Below are positions 26,096-39,188 of a DNA stretch of 64,000 bases, piece after piece. Both the position numbers and the translations under genes were made by a program. Position 1 is the first letter of the stretch, and each line of letters starts with the position of its first letter. The stretch is taken from contig ML996704.1 of NCBI GenBank assembly GCA_010356995.1, positions 248,001 through 312,000 on the forward strand, given 5' to 3'. The notes below the pieces were generated by a model. That model was not told the DNA's origin. It worked only from the letters and a program-made list of their open reading frames with translations, and ran no database searches. The stretch comes from Trichodelitschia bisporula. Its lineage: Eukaryota.

Positions 26096-29000
26096 TCAAG
26101 TCGACGAGCTCTCATCCTTCAGCTCCTTGATCCGCTTGGCGAGCGGGCCGACCTTACGGAGGATGGGATCGTGCGTGTTGTTCTCAGCGATCTGGACGTA
26201 GGCTTGGTGGACACGAATCTGGATCACCTCCAAGATCTTGTAGAGGATCCCGTCGGCGTAATCAGGATTCTAACAAATCAGATGGGTTCAGTAACTACAA
26301 AAAGGGGACTTACGTGAGGGTTAATCAAGCTGATGATGTACTCAAGCCAGGCGATACGTTGCGGGATGTAGGTGTTCAAAGACGACGTCACGGCTGCAGC
26401 CACTGACAGCTGAACGAGACTGTCCATCTGCCCCAAATACGTCGGGCTGAACTGCGAGAAGAGCTCATCGAAGAGCTCCGTCTGGCTCTGGGAACGAATC
26501 CACTATGGTGATGTCAGTAATCTGCTAACGAACGTCCTTATGTCACTCACAGTAACTGTTGCAGCCTCCAGATTGCGTTCGCTTAGAAGCGCCCGGATAT
26601 TGTCGCGTTCTAGCTCTTCGGGAGACTTCTCATACTCCTGAGCCGGGGCCTGAGCAGGGGCGTTGGCCAGTGGCGGCTGAGCAGAGTGCTGCATCTGGCT
26701 CAGGGCGGCCCTGGTCTCGACCTGGAACCGAGTCTGCTCTTCGGCAACGGCGTGAAGCATTTCCTGAAGCTGACTAACGGAGTTGATGAGACGGTCCAGT
26801 TTCGAGTTATCTTGCTGACGTGCCATGTCAAGCTGGCGGTGACGTTCTACGAACATGCGGTCGACGTCGGAGGCAATTTGCTTGGCGGAGGAGAGCGCAA
26901 TGTTTGCAATGGCTGGAGGAAGCGACGCCATCAACTGGGCCTCGACGTGATGTGCTACCTTCATAAATACGGTATCGCCGATCGCTGTGATGGTACGTTG
27001 GTCGTTCATTACCTGCAACAGCGACTTCTCTAGCTCTCGGGGAACAGATCCTTCTATGCTGTCGGCAATCACATCGGAAATGTTGCTGTCAATGGAAGAC
27101 GCAATAAGCTCCCTCAAGGGGCCAGTGGTGAGCTTTTCCAAGCCCTCCGTGACAATCGTCTGCAGCGACGACTCGACATTTTCTGTGAGAGTAGTCGATA
27201 CGAGGCGCAACACGGCATCCTGCCGCGAAGCACCGGTGGCATCTTGAACGCGCTTGTCGGCGGCAAGCTTGCGATATAAGCCCTCCAGCTCAGTAGTAAG
27301 CAGCTTTTCGATCTTCTGCTGCATCTCAGCGATCGATGGACCAGAGCTCGGGCTGTCCTTCTTGAGAAGTTGAGTGGCCCACTTCGGGACCTCCGCGTCT
27401 GCCTTGTTGGTAGCCGTCATCAACTTGCGCTGAGGCGATGGCGAAACCGTTTTGGCCGTATCTTCTTCCCGCATAGTAGCAGAGGGCTGCTGCGGAGTAG
27501 GTGCGATAATGGGCGTGACTTGCAACGCTGTGTCATTGCCCTTCTTCTTCTTCTTCTTGTCGGGTTTCTCGGAGCCATTGGCAGGAGATTCAGTCTTGGC
27601 GAGGATTTCGGCGACTTGACCTTTCGTCACGCGGGTAGAAGCAGGCTCGTCCTTTGGCTTCGCATCCTTGGCTGGCTTGTTGCCCGTCACGGTCGGAGCA
27701 AACGGGGGTGGCGATTCCCCAGCCACCGGCTCGTCGACAATTACAGGCGGCGGCTTCAGCTCTGTCATAGTAATGGAGCCAGCCTCCAAGGCATCGACGG
27801 AATTCATCAGTTTACCTTCAGCCGACCAACCCAAATGGGACCTAGTAATGCGCAACTCCGAAAGGCCCTTGGAGTGCATGACGTAAATCGAAAAGAGCGG
27901 AGCGGTTTGGTCGCCATACTGAGACTGAGCCGTCGGATCATCGATTATCTCCAGGCTGCGGACGACGCCCTTCGATCCCAACGAGTACTCCCGGACATTG
28001 CTAACAATCACAGTCGACGCCGGGGCAGGGACGGCGGCATCATTGTTGGCAAGCATCGACACGTACTTAGCCTGCGAGAGAATGGGCAACGTGTACTTCG
28101 GCGCGGACACGTGCAGAAGATAGATGGAATTCCGCGTGGGGTGGCCCACGGCAAGAATCCCAGACCGCGCGTGATAGGCGATGCTGCAGATGGCGTCGGA
28201 CTCGTGCGAGTGTGGGAAGTGGATCTCCTGTACCGGCTTCTTGAGCCCGAGATCCCAGAGCTGGAGTGTGTGGTTTTGCTTCATGCCGACTAGCACGTAG
28301 CGCGATGCAACACCCTTGACCATGGGCTTATCCTTGTCGAGGAACATGACGGAGGTCGGCCACGACTTCTCCGACGGATGGCTGGTGGCCAGCGTCATCA
28401 GAGGAACTTTCACTTCAACCGCGTTCCACGGCTCAATTGTGCTGTGGTAGGTGGGTGCGGTCAGCTCTCGGATGTCCCAAAATCTCATGCGCCCTGCCTT
28501 ATCAAGGGACACCATGATGGAATCGTCCGTGCTGAAGCAGAAGTCCTTGCCAGCCTTCTCTGTGGAGATCTTGAGCGAATGCTCCTTGATATACTTTTCG
28601 CTGTTGCAAACGCGAGATTGCCGATCCGTATAGGCGGTGTGGCGGGCTATCTGCGGGTGAATAATGTAGATATTCTTCCCTCGGCCGTAGGCGAAGATTG
28701 CAGGGTTCCGGAAGGTTGCCTTGACTCTCGTCTTCAGCTGGCCACCAGAAGTGTTCTCATCCTGAGTCTGCACCGGCGGGAAAATGAAGCCTCGGTCTTC
28801 GTCCTTCGGTCCGTAATGGTCATTGTGTGGGAAGTTTGCCAACGGAACCCAGAAGACGGAACCGTTCACGCCGGTACCGAGGACGGCTTCCACGTCCTTA
28901 GTCTCGTTCCCCTTGATATTAGACGACAAGGACAGGTTGAATATGCGCTCTTTGGAAGAAGAGAATATCTGACGATGGTTGCCGTCCTCCTGCTGGATAA

Positions 29001-30392
29001 GGCGGAAGCCACCGCCCTTCAGGGGATATGCGATGACATTTTGTGAAGCGCAGACGAGAGAACGGTCGATCTGGTCGAAGTCCTTCTTCACACGGGCAAT
29101 GTCAGAAATCATATCTTCCTGGACCTCCATTGGCGGCTCCGTCAAGTGCTCAATGCGAATTGAAACAAACGGCTTTAGCTGGAAGGAGAAAACGCAGATT
29201 TGCTTGGGCTGCTTTTCTACAACCTCTTCCCAGTTGTCGCCGCCGGATGACTCCTCGCCCGCTGTCTTGACGTCGGTCAGCTCTTGGGACTTTTCGGTCT
29301 CAATGTCACGGTGGGTCTCCTGCTCTTGAACATCCTGGCTCTCCGCCAGACGAGCGTCAATGCTAGCAAGTCCGGGCTCACTGCTACCGTTCGCCTCGGA
29401 TGTCAGCTGCGTCAACGCATGTTCGAGCTCTTGATCGACGCGTTCTCCAAGCTCGTTAACCGCCTCCGACACGGTGTCACGCTGTTCCGTCGGCTCGTGA
29501 TGGGCTCGATTAAGGTCATCCTGGGCCGGAGTGTGCTGTTGCGAAAGCACTGGGGGAAATTGCTCGAAGGGATTGACGCTGGTAAAGACCGTGCTCTTAG
29601 CGATAGGCTTCGGCATAGCAAACGTAGTCTGACTACCCCGTTCATCCCCGAAGATGTGCATAGACTGGTCCGCAGCCCGTGCCGAAGCGCGTCTCAGGTT
29701 TTCCTGCTGCGCCATCGCCGCGCTGTCCGAATCGTACCGCTCCGGCTCACTCGGCTCGTCGAACTGCTCGGAACGCCTGAGGGGTGCCGTGGAGTCACCC
29801 GACGGCTTCGTCGCTTGGGTGAGGAGCTGGAGCAGGATGTCCTGTGGGTTGTCCGAAGAGGTGGGCGTGTCAACAGCGCCCCCGGTAGCTCCGTAAACGG
29901 TCGTTCGACCGGACAGCGGCGAGTTGCCCTGAGCAGCCGAGGCAGGTTGCTTGCGAGAAAAGCTCGCCACCAACTCAGCAGCGGAAACAGGACGCCCTTG
30001 GTTGGAAGTCGCATCACCATCGCGGGAGTGCGGTGGATTGCTTCCGTGTGCTCCGTCGCCCGAGTGATGAGACATTTCAGACGTAGAAGGAGGTTGGGCG
30101 CCTTGCTTGAACTTGAGAAGACTCAGCAGATCGGTGGCCCTCGTCGGTCCACTATCAATAGTGGGCGAGTGTTGGGCAGACGTGTTAGGATTCTAAGAGA
30201 AAGGGCGTCAGTGAGTTTGATGTGATGGATGTGGAATGGGAGGAAGGGACTTACCTGGGCGTAATTGCCGGAGAGTGACGGAGAGAACTGGCGTGAAGAG
30301 AGTGACGATTGCCGCGGATGCTGCGTCCCAGACTGCTTGTCTGAGGGAGATTCTTGGAGCATCCTGCCTAGCAAATCTTGAAATTCCGCCAT
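26096..30392 (-). CDS. EDC4/Ge-1/Pdc1-like mRNA-decapping scaffold (WD40 propeller plus C-terminal helical region)
   Basis: ATG 30392; introns ~30193-30254, 26503-26550, ~26270-26313. Central propeller DIARVKKDFDQIDRSL...SGGQLKTR...KAGKDFCFSTDDSIMVSLDKAGRMRFWD...QNHTLQLWDL, then coiled-coil RQDAVLRLVSTTLTENVE. Last exons LSVAAAVTSS...ESSST*. Confidence 0.75.
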
Positions 30393-32381
30393 GGAAGTAG
30401 AAAGCCCAGGTGGGGGCGACAAGTTTGACAACGGGGGTCAAATTAGAACAGAACAAACGGTAAATCAGAAAGAAGATGAATACGGCGTATCTGGCGCATG
30501 CGACGGAAAGGACGATGCAGAGTTGATGATGAGGTTGTGCTGGATGAAGTTTAGCAGGAGGCGCAAGACACGTCAAGACGGGGACTGGGGGCGGGAAGTT
30601 TGAGGCTGGCGCTTGGCAAAAGAAGAGAAGGTGGAGGATGGCGGGGATCCGTGCTTTGGGACGATTTGTGGGTTGCAACAGCAACAACCGCACAACAAAG
30701 CCTCCGTCAAGCACCGCCTGTTGGCCTGGCCAAGCGCGTATCGGTGAGAATGTCTATGCCTTCAATTGCTGCACACTTTGTTGACGAAACTGGCAACGAC
30801 CTATACAATTCCTCTTGGGAACTGGGGGGGGGCCTTGTGAAAGTGAGTGGTGATGGATCTCCCATCTCCAAACGCCACCGCAACCTGTCGAGCCACATGG
30901 CAGTCACCTTTCGTCGTTCTCCCTACTGGCAAGGCGTCAAAAGTCACCTTGCATTTACCCCAGCATTCTGCTTTAGGATGCCGTAGAGAGGCCTCCCTCG
31001 CCTCACCATTTGCCATTCCATGAACAATGTCGCCCCGATGGAAGGTCTCCCCAGCGGCTTTGGCGGCTATTCTGTAGCTTGGTGGACAATAATGTACGGA
31101 GTACAGTAGCCTCGCCGCCCGTTGAGTACTGTACGTTCGTAGTGGCCCGCTATTATCGGGCGTCATTATTGCCTCATGCCTCATCAAGCGGCGGGCATGC
31201 ACGTAATCGCAAAGGTTGCTTTGAACACACGTAGCACATGCTATGTCTCGGCTCAGGATCTGGAAGCCAGCTCTTTCTCCATAGCTACCGTAGTGATAAA
31301 CTGCGACCGGCAAACAGTTCTTTAACCACCAGAATCACATCAAGCTTTCGCCACCCGGAGCTCTTTCGGCCTGATGATCTACAGCCGTTGCGTCCAGCCA
31401 GATGGTGGTCAATTGACCAGGTCCCCGGATGGATCTTGAATGAGGGGGGTCGGCAATCCTCGAGGCATCTCGACCGACTTTTGTCAGGGGTCTGCCTCGT
31501 AATCAGCCCGATGTCCACGTCTCTTCCTCTTGGCTCTGGAGGCTACAGTTCAGCATTATTCTACAAGTACCTACTCTCAGTTGCTTAGAACGCTCGGCGC
31601 TTTTATGCTGGTATTGGGGTAGGACTAGCCGAAGTGTATAGGATCTCAGGAACTATACACCTCATGCAAACGCTCAATATTCAAGACCTGCTTCGGTGCA
31701 TCATTTACTGTGCAAATTTTGACTGTCTAGATAGCCGCCCGTAATAGGGAATGCATTTCAAAGAGGAAATTGCCCATTTGCCATTGCGTCTACTGCAACT
31801 CTGCACTTGACATCACGAAGTTACCACGTGATGAAGCCGACATCAGGGCATGAGGGCGATGACGCTTTCTGCTTCGCCTCCATTTAGTGCATCGGCTTTA
31901 CTCCCGACCTGATAACGACTTGTGGTTCCCGCCTTTACCGATGGTCATTGTACAAGGGTCGCTGTAACGGCAAAAGGCTTGCCTATCTCTAGAGCCTCTT
32001 CTAACCTCTCCTGCTGGCTCACCTCCTCCCGCAAAACGCGTCACTTAGCATGGCATCCCCGCCGCTTGCGGATCCTATGCTCAACAGGCTTCACGGCAAA
32101 AAAGCTTCACGGCACCGGGTAAACCGGCTCGCAATCCACGCACCGCTTCTTCAGACATCCCGATCTCGCACTAATCCAAACATGCGTACGCCTAAGCGGC
32201 TGTGCGGCTCTCCACCGCTAAGCCCTTCAGAAGCAGTGAAGCTTAAAAGCCCATTCAGATCTCCTTCTCCTGCGTCATCTTTTGCTCTCCCGTTGAGACT
32301 GTTGAGCTCATTTTTACTGAGTGCCCCACGGTCCGATTTTGATATGCTTTGGAGCTTATTCCCGGTCCTCCTATTCCCGAC

Positions 32382-34096
32382 ATGAACGCCCACAGCTCTC
32401 GAGACTCGCTCTCCCATTCAGTAATTCAGGATCCAGAAAAGTTTGCTGGAGCTGAAAATTCGCCGACCCATTCGTACAAAATCGATCGAACGGTAACCCA
32501 AGCTTCAACACATGATGTGCCGCCAGCGACCGATTATGCGGAAGCTGGAGATGAGATATATGATCGGTTCGCGAACCGTAGAAAGATGGTAATAACGGTG
32601 GTGCTTTCGTACTGCGGATTGCTCGCCCCCATCTCATCCACGGCGGTGCTGTCGGCAATTCCAGAGGTCGCCGCGACCTTCAACACCACCGGGTCTATCA
32701 TCAACATAAGCAACGCTCTCTACCTTCTTTTCATGGGCCTCAGCCCGGTATTTTGGGGTCCAATTGGCCAGGTCTACGGACGACGCCCGGTATGACAGCC
32801 TTGCCCACCCCAATACAGCATGTCCGCTTCTGGTTGGACTTTCTTAATACGGACATACTAACCAGCCAAACACAGACGTGCCTTTGCACCGGCGCATTGT
32901 TCTTTGCGTTCTCCATCGGAACAGCACTGGCACCGAATCTTGTATCATTCTTTGTATTCCGTATCCTTACGGCCTTCCAAGGAACGTGCTTCCTGATTGT
33001 TGGATCCAGTTGCATCGGTGATATTTATAAGCCGGTACGCTGACCCATTTTTCGGGTGGCCGCCTACTTACTCCTCAGACCGAGCGTGCTACGGCGATCG
33101 GATGGTTTATGAGCGGGACGCTGATCGGCCCGGCATTCGGTCCCGTCCTGGGAGGCATCATCGTCACATATCGCTCCTGGAGGGAGGTTTTCTGGCTGCA
33201 GACGGCACTCGCGGGGTTGGGAGTGGTTCTCGTCGCCTTTCTCCTGCCGGAGACCATTCATTACAAGCGGGCCGTAGAGTTGAAAGGCGTCTCCACACGG
33301 GAGTACGCATCCAAGCTTTGGCAGTGGAGCAATCCATTCCGCGTCATCAAGCTGTTTCGGTATCCCAACCTTACGATTGTGGTAGGTTCGAGAACTTTGT
33401 TCTGCAAAATCTGCCAACTCACTGTTCCCAGAGCCTAGCATCGTCCTCAGTCGTCTGGAATATGTATTCCTTGCTCACGCCGATTCGATATGTACTGAAT
33501 CCCCGGTTCCAGTTGACCTCGCCTATCCAGTCCGCCCTTTTCTACATTGCGCCGGGATGCGGTTACCTCCTTGGGACCTTTGGTGGTGGTCGATGGGCTG
33601 ACCACATGGTCAAGAAGTGGATTCGAAAGCAGGGAGAGCGTGTTGCCGAAGACCGGCTGCGGAGTGCGCTTCCGGCCATGGGCCTCGTGATCCCTGCTTC
33701 CATTCTCATTTATGGGTGGAGTATCGAGAAGGAGAAGGGCGGGATTGCGCTGCCCGTCATCGTCATGTTTCTGCAAGGCGTCGCCCAACTGTTCTGTTTC
33801 CCCTCACTGAACACTTACTGTTTAGATGTTATGCAGAACCGCAAGGCTGAGGTTGTCGGTAAGTTTCTAGCGCACCATGTGGTCAAAAGCTAATGGAGAC
33901 AGCGGGCAACTTTATGGTGCGATACTTCTTCGGAGCTCTGGGATCGGCTTTTTGTCTGCCTGCTATCCAGAAAATCGGTGTCGGTTGGTTTTCCACCATT
34001 TCTGCAGGCTTCCTAGTTTCTGCCACTGCTGCCACTTATGTGACTATCATCTTTGGAAAGGGTTGGCGCGAGGCGATAACATCATCGGATAGCTGA
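32382..34096 (+). CDS. MFS drug:H+ antiporter (DHA1; Dtr1/Qdr-like)
   Basis: LAPISSTAVLSAIP, WGPIGQVYGRRP, IGDIYKP..R, GTLIGPAFGPVLGG, LPET, EDRLRS. Four short introns. Confidence 0.9.
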
Positions 34097-35644
34097 AGAA
34101 AGACCCATTTCGTGCGGCACAGGTACTAAGGCATTTTGACTGCAGCGGCTGAGGCTCGTGGAATGTGGTGGGTGATTTTGCTGCCTATGAGGCGACTTTG
34201 GCGACAGAGAAAGTTGAAATATCCCCATCTCCTCATTGTTGCTCTCTCTAAGTGCGATCCCGTTGGCTTCCCTGCATGACAAGGCTGAGCCAGGTTGCCA
34301 GCATGAAAGAAGCCCGATCTCGACATCTACTGTGGTATTCGCTCCTACGGAACGTTCCGACTCTCCACTCATGCCCTCGGTAGGCGTCAAAGCATAGTAA
34401 TCATCTGACGGTATTCTGCTGGGCGCGTGGTGAAGCGCTACGGCCCCAACACTTAACGCCGATAAGCGATGTCAGACTAAGCATTTGACATAAGCTCGGC
34501 GGAATGCGAGATTGGACAAAGGGCCATATTTCACGACTCAGCTTTTACATGTCCCCGATGCCCATCGCCCACTGACAGGCTAAGGTAACATGATTTGAAG
34601 AGGCGACTAGCACCGAGATCTTTATATAAGGCCTAGTTCTAGCTATCATGCTTCACGGTGGCTCGGATTCCGTCCATCAAAAAGGCTTCATACCGCACCC
34701 CGAGCGAAAATACATCACCAACAGCCGATATGTCCGATTTGTTGTATCTGGCAGCCTTCGCCGCGACCATTGGCGCCGCCGTGTACCTTTTTGACCCTCT
34801 TTTCCGCATCTTCCTCTTAATGTCAGTTGCAGTATATCCTTTAGACTAGTTCTAGCACGCGAAGTGTTATCCGTCTGGTACTGACATGGCGTTAGGTAAT
34901 CATAGTGTTTCCCCTTCAAGTTGTCTACAGCGTATCTTCTACCATTTGAAAGGTTCCCAGACGCAAAACTGTGGCCCATGTTCTCATCCCCCTTGGAATC
35001 GGCTCAGGTGTCAGGAGAGGAGGACAAGACTTTCAAGCTACCTTGAGAATACGGCAGCCACAACCAGGTGGACCGCAACGAATTCTCCTACATCGACGCC
35101 ATTATATGGAAAGAGGCACACTCGTATCAACCGGGCCACGAGGTAAAGAGGTAGCAAAGTAGGTTCCACCAGGAGACAACATCGTCGACGGAGGGTCCTC
35201 CCCGGCGCGACGGTCCTGCGTGGCCCACAGTACGACATGTAATTTATCGACTCGACGAGAAATTTCGTTCGCCCGACGAATTTCACCCGGGAAGATTCCG
35301 GCGCAATGCAGCATTTGCCAACAAGAAAGGCCGTCGTCCAGTCCTTTCAGGTCTTCTAGTCAGGTTTGGAGCTTGTGGATGGAAGGGACGGTCGCACGTC
35401 CCAGAAAGGTTACATTTTAAGGGACAAGAAATTGTTGTATGTGATGATCAAGCCAGTATAAGATTCTGAGCAGTTGCGTACTGCACGGTTAGGGACCGCA
35501 GGACGTCCTATCAGAAAATTTGGAAGTTGCCGGTCCCTTGGAAGGCTCAACAAATGAACCTCTGAACAGGCCAGACAAAGTTGTCACAAAGAATAGTAGA
35601 GCCGCTGATCATGATTATTGGTGACCGGTACATGACTCAAAATC

Positions 35645-36703
35645 CTAAGTCTCCACAAGCTGGCGCATCAGTCCTTCCTTTTCGATCTCGTACTCAATTT
35701 GCCTCTTCGGTCCTTTGGTCTTCTTGGCCGGCTTGGGTTGTTTCCCATCCGGACGCTTGCGCTTGAGGGTGCCGAGAAGCTTCTTGAGCTTCTCAGCGTC
35801 GGCGTCGCCATCGCTGTCCTCTTCATCCCCGTCCTCGCTGGAGCCTTCTCCACTGTCGGATTCTTCCTCGGTGCTCTCGTCCCCAAGCCAATCCTCCAAA
35901 TCCTCGAGCTCCTCGTCGGATTCGCTATCCGCATCGCTCACGTATTCCACCTCGCCCACGCCCTCTTCGTACTCATGCTCCCCCTCCATTTCTTCCTCCT
36001 CGTCGATGCCCTCGTCCATGTCCTTGTCGCGGACACCCTCGCCGCCACGCTCCAAACCCTTCAGGACCTTCTTCCACACAGACTCCTGGACGTTTAAGGG
36101 GTTGTCTCCGTAGGCTCCGCTCCTTAGACGTTCAATCAGCTCGCGCTCAATGGCCCGTTCCACTCTGGCAGCAGCTTCCGCTTTGCGCTCGCGCGTCTCC
36201 TCTCGTCTGCGAATCTTGGGGGCGAGTTTCGGTACGAGTCTCTCCCCAAGGCGCTCCTCTTCCTTAGCCAGCTTCTTCATACGGATTGAGACTTGGGTCA
36301 GGCGCGTGAGGCGCTGCTTGCACTTGTGCACCAGAAACTTAGGCCAGTAGATGAGGCGTTCGTCCACCATCTCAAGAGCTTTCGCGTAGTTGGAAGGGAG
36401 CTTGACGCGCTCCCACCACCGGTTGGGCATGTGTGAGCGCTCGATGGTCTTCAGGTAAAGGTAGAGCTGGCCGGTGGCGGCGTCGGCACGAATCGTGGCG
36501 TAGCGAGAATTTGCAAGAGGACAGGCCTGCTTGCTGCAGAATCCCGTGACGTTGTACTCATTACGACAGAAGGTTTGGTCTTTACTTGTCCTGCGAAATG
36601 TTAGGAATGCGACGGTGGACAACAAGTCCGGGATTGCATACTTGAGCTTGTAGGAGCAGAATTGCTGGTTGATGATGTTCCACACAATATCGTCGGACGC
36701 CAT
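35645..36703 (-). CDS. MAK16: Mak16, 60S ribosome biogenesis factor
   Basis: MASDDIVWNIINQQFCSYK, FCRNEYNVTGFCSKQACPLANSRYAT, KCKQRLTRL, IERELIERLRSGAYG, acidic tail. One intron near 36592-36640. Confidence 0.96.
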   Translation of the reverse strand: MASDDIVWNIINQQFCSYKLKYAIPDLLSTVAFLTFRRTSKDQTFCRNEYNVTGFCSKQACPLANSRYATIRADAATGQLYLYLKTIERSHMPNRWWERVKLPSNYAKALEMVDERLIYWPKFLVHKCKQRLTRLTQVSIRMKKLAKEEERLGERLVPKLAPKIRRREETRERKAEAAARVERAIERELIERLRSGAYGDNPLNVQESVWKKVLKGLERGGEGVRDKDMDEGIDEEEEMEGEHEYEEGVGEVEYVSDADSESDEELEDLEDWLGDESTEEESDSGEGSSEDGDEEDSDGDADAEKLKKLLGTLKRKRPDGKQPKPAKKTKGPKRQIEYEIEKEGLMRQLVET

Positions 36704-36957
36704 GGTGACTAGCCTAAGGACAAAGGTTGAGCCGACGTAGGTGAAGCTGGGGGGTTTCAAAGGTAACGGTGGTGCTTGGAAGTGAGCAGAAACGAAGTTG
36801 CGCGCGAGGCCGATGAAGCTGAAGCCCCAGAAATTTTTGGGAAATCTTGGCATGCGGGTGGTGATCGGCCCGCTTCGACGCCCGCCAACTACGAGGTCCG
36901 GATTTGGTTCCCCTGTACAGGTTGTTTGCACGGCATGAAGTCAACGCTTCACCGCTC

Positions 36958-38801
36958 ATGCTTCGTTCCTCCTTCTATCGACTGCCGAGGGGTTGGAAAG
37001 GCTTTGGCTCATCCATCACAACTCCTCTCTCTTATTCCCAATGGGTTTTGCGTCCCGCTTTAAGTTACCACTCGAGTGCAGCTGGTCGAGTCTGCCCATC
37101 TGCTGAGGATAGCACAATATACGCCTTGTCAACGGCGCCTGGACGGGCGGCGATTGCAGTAGTTAGGGTCTCGGGACCAGCTTGCGTAGAGGTAGAAACT
37201 GCCATTAGCATTCCGACCGCATGCCAACGTTTATCAGATATACCGAGCACTGTGCCCGGGTAAGCCACTCCCGAAGCCGCGAAGTGCAGCCTTGCGCTCG
37301 CTCCATGACCCTGTAAGGACACCGGATGATGTGCCACTCGACGCCGGATCCCTGGTGTTGTTCTTCCCTTCTCCAAGATCTGTGACTGGAGAGGATGTTC
37401 TCGAATTCCACGTTCATGGTGGACCCGCCATCGTAAAGGCAGTGCTTCAAGCGCTCCCACGCTGCGCCTCCTCAAGCAGTCCGATTCGGTATGCCGAACC
37501 TGGAGAATTCACCCGCCGGGCGTTCCTCAATGGCCGCCTCGATCTGACCCAAGTGGAAGCCTTGGGAGACACGTTGTCCGCAGCGACAGAGCAGCAGAGG
37601 AGGCTTTTTGTCCGCGGCACGGGGAACCAGTTGTCTAAGCGCTACGAAGAATGGCGCCAACTCTTACTGCACGCTCGTGGAGAACTGGAAGCACTAATTG
37701 ATTTTCACGAGGACCAGCACTTTGGCGAGTCTCCTGCTCAGCTCGCGATATCTGTCGCGCATCAGGTGTTGAAGCTTAAGCGGCTCATTGACATACACAT
37801 CCGCAATGCCATGCGAGGAGAGCTACTGCGTAATGGTATTAGTATTGCGCTACTTGGGCCGCCTAATGCTGGAAAAAGCTCGCTTCTGAATCAGATTGCT
37901 GGCCGTGAGGCTGCCATAGTAAGCCAGGAAGCTGGGACAACGAGAGATATCGTTGACATTGGCATTGACCTTGGTGGTTATCTCTGCAAGCTGGCTGACA
38001 TGGCCGGCTTGAGACAGTCAACTGCGCCGCAACAAGGCGATATGGACGCTCTCGGTTCGGTGGAGAAAGAAGGCATCAGACGCGCAAAGCTGCGCGCCTC
38101 AGAGTCGGATGTCGTGGTCGTCATTTTGCCGGTGAAGCGGGACCATAACGGAGAGGCCCGGCTCATGACGGATTCTGAAGTTTTAAGGACCGCGGCAACA
38201 TGCGCTGCCAATGGTAGTGAGCTTGCTGTAGTGATTAACAAGATTGATCAAATGTCGGACAGCGCTCTACTGGAAGTCTGGATATCGGAACTGCATGCCA
38301 AGCTTGCCATTCCTCCGGATCGGATATTCCCCATCTCCTGCAAGTCGGCTGCAGGGGCTTCAGGGGACGACCCTGGACGCGTCCAAGCATTTTTACGCGG
38401 GCTGGTTGGGGTGTTCAGAAGCATGACTTCAGCTGTCGACGTTGATTCCCAGGCGGACCTGGCGATCCCTGGTATCCCGGCACAAAGCGTATCGAACACC
38501 TTGCTCCAGGAATCTCTCGGAGCCAGCGAGAGACATCGGTTACTCCTCCAAGAATGTATGATACATTTGGAATCCTTCCTTGAGCAGGTTGAAACTGAAG
38601 TCCATGAAGAAGGAGAGCCCGATATCGTTGTTGCGGCGGAATGCTTGCGAGCCGCAGCGGATTGTCTCGCAAGAATCACCGGTCGTGGGACATCGGGCGA
38701 CGTAGAGGAGGTTCTCGGCGTCGTTTTTGAAAAGTTGGTAAGCACTGCCTCGCGCCCGGCGTTGTGAACTAACGCCTCCCAGGTTCTGCGTCGGAAAATA
38801 A
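36958..38801 (+). CDS. MSS1: Mitochondrial tRNA modification GTPase (MnmE/TrmE/GTPBP3)
   Basis: Basic presequence, TIYALSTAPGRAAIAVVRVSG, EPGEFTRRAFLNGRLDLTQVEAL, GPPNAGKSS, GTTRD, NKID; terminal exon FCVGK* after the last intron. Confidence 0.95.
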
Positions 38802-38991
38802 ATAGGCCAACAAACAGAAAAATCAAGCATTGATGTGATAGTACATGATATCTCCTTTTGCGCCTTCTCGCTATGTAGAAATCGATGCCCGTCCTTCTAC
38901 TCGTACATGTCCGCAGCCCGTGCGGTCGGTATGGACGGAAGCCCGTCATGCCAACAATGAAAACAAAATTCCACCCAAGTATGTACAAGCG

Positions 38992-39015
38992 CTAGTTGTA
39001 TCCGCCTCTTCCCAT
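38992..39015 (-). CDS. sORF 3, heptapeptide MGRGGYN
   Basis: ATG GGA AGA GGC GGA TAC AAC TAG. Confidence 0.75.
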   Translation of the reverse strand: MGRGGYN

Positions 39016-39078
39016 CCGACAGATGTTGGTGTCTGGCTCTCGGCCTGCGTAGTGCGCGGACTGGTGCTTTCCTCCAAT

Positions 39079-39102
39079 CTAATTGTAGCCACCACGGCCC
39101 AT
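39079..39102 (-). CDS. sORF 2, heptapeptide MGRGGYN
   Basis: ATG GGC CGT GGT GGC TAC AAT TAG. Confidence 0.75.
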   Translation of the reverse strand: MGRGGYN

Positions 39103-39188
39103 GTCGCCGAAGTGGAAGGTTTCAAGTGTGTTTATCCGATGGCGAAAGGAAAAGCAGTGCTTGGTAAGTTGAGAAGACGTGATCCGGA

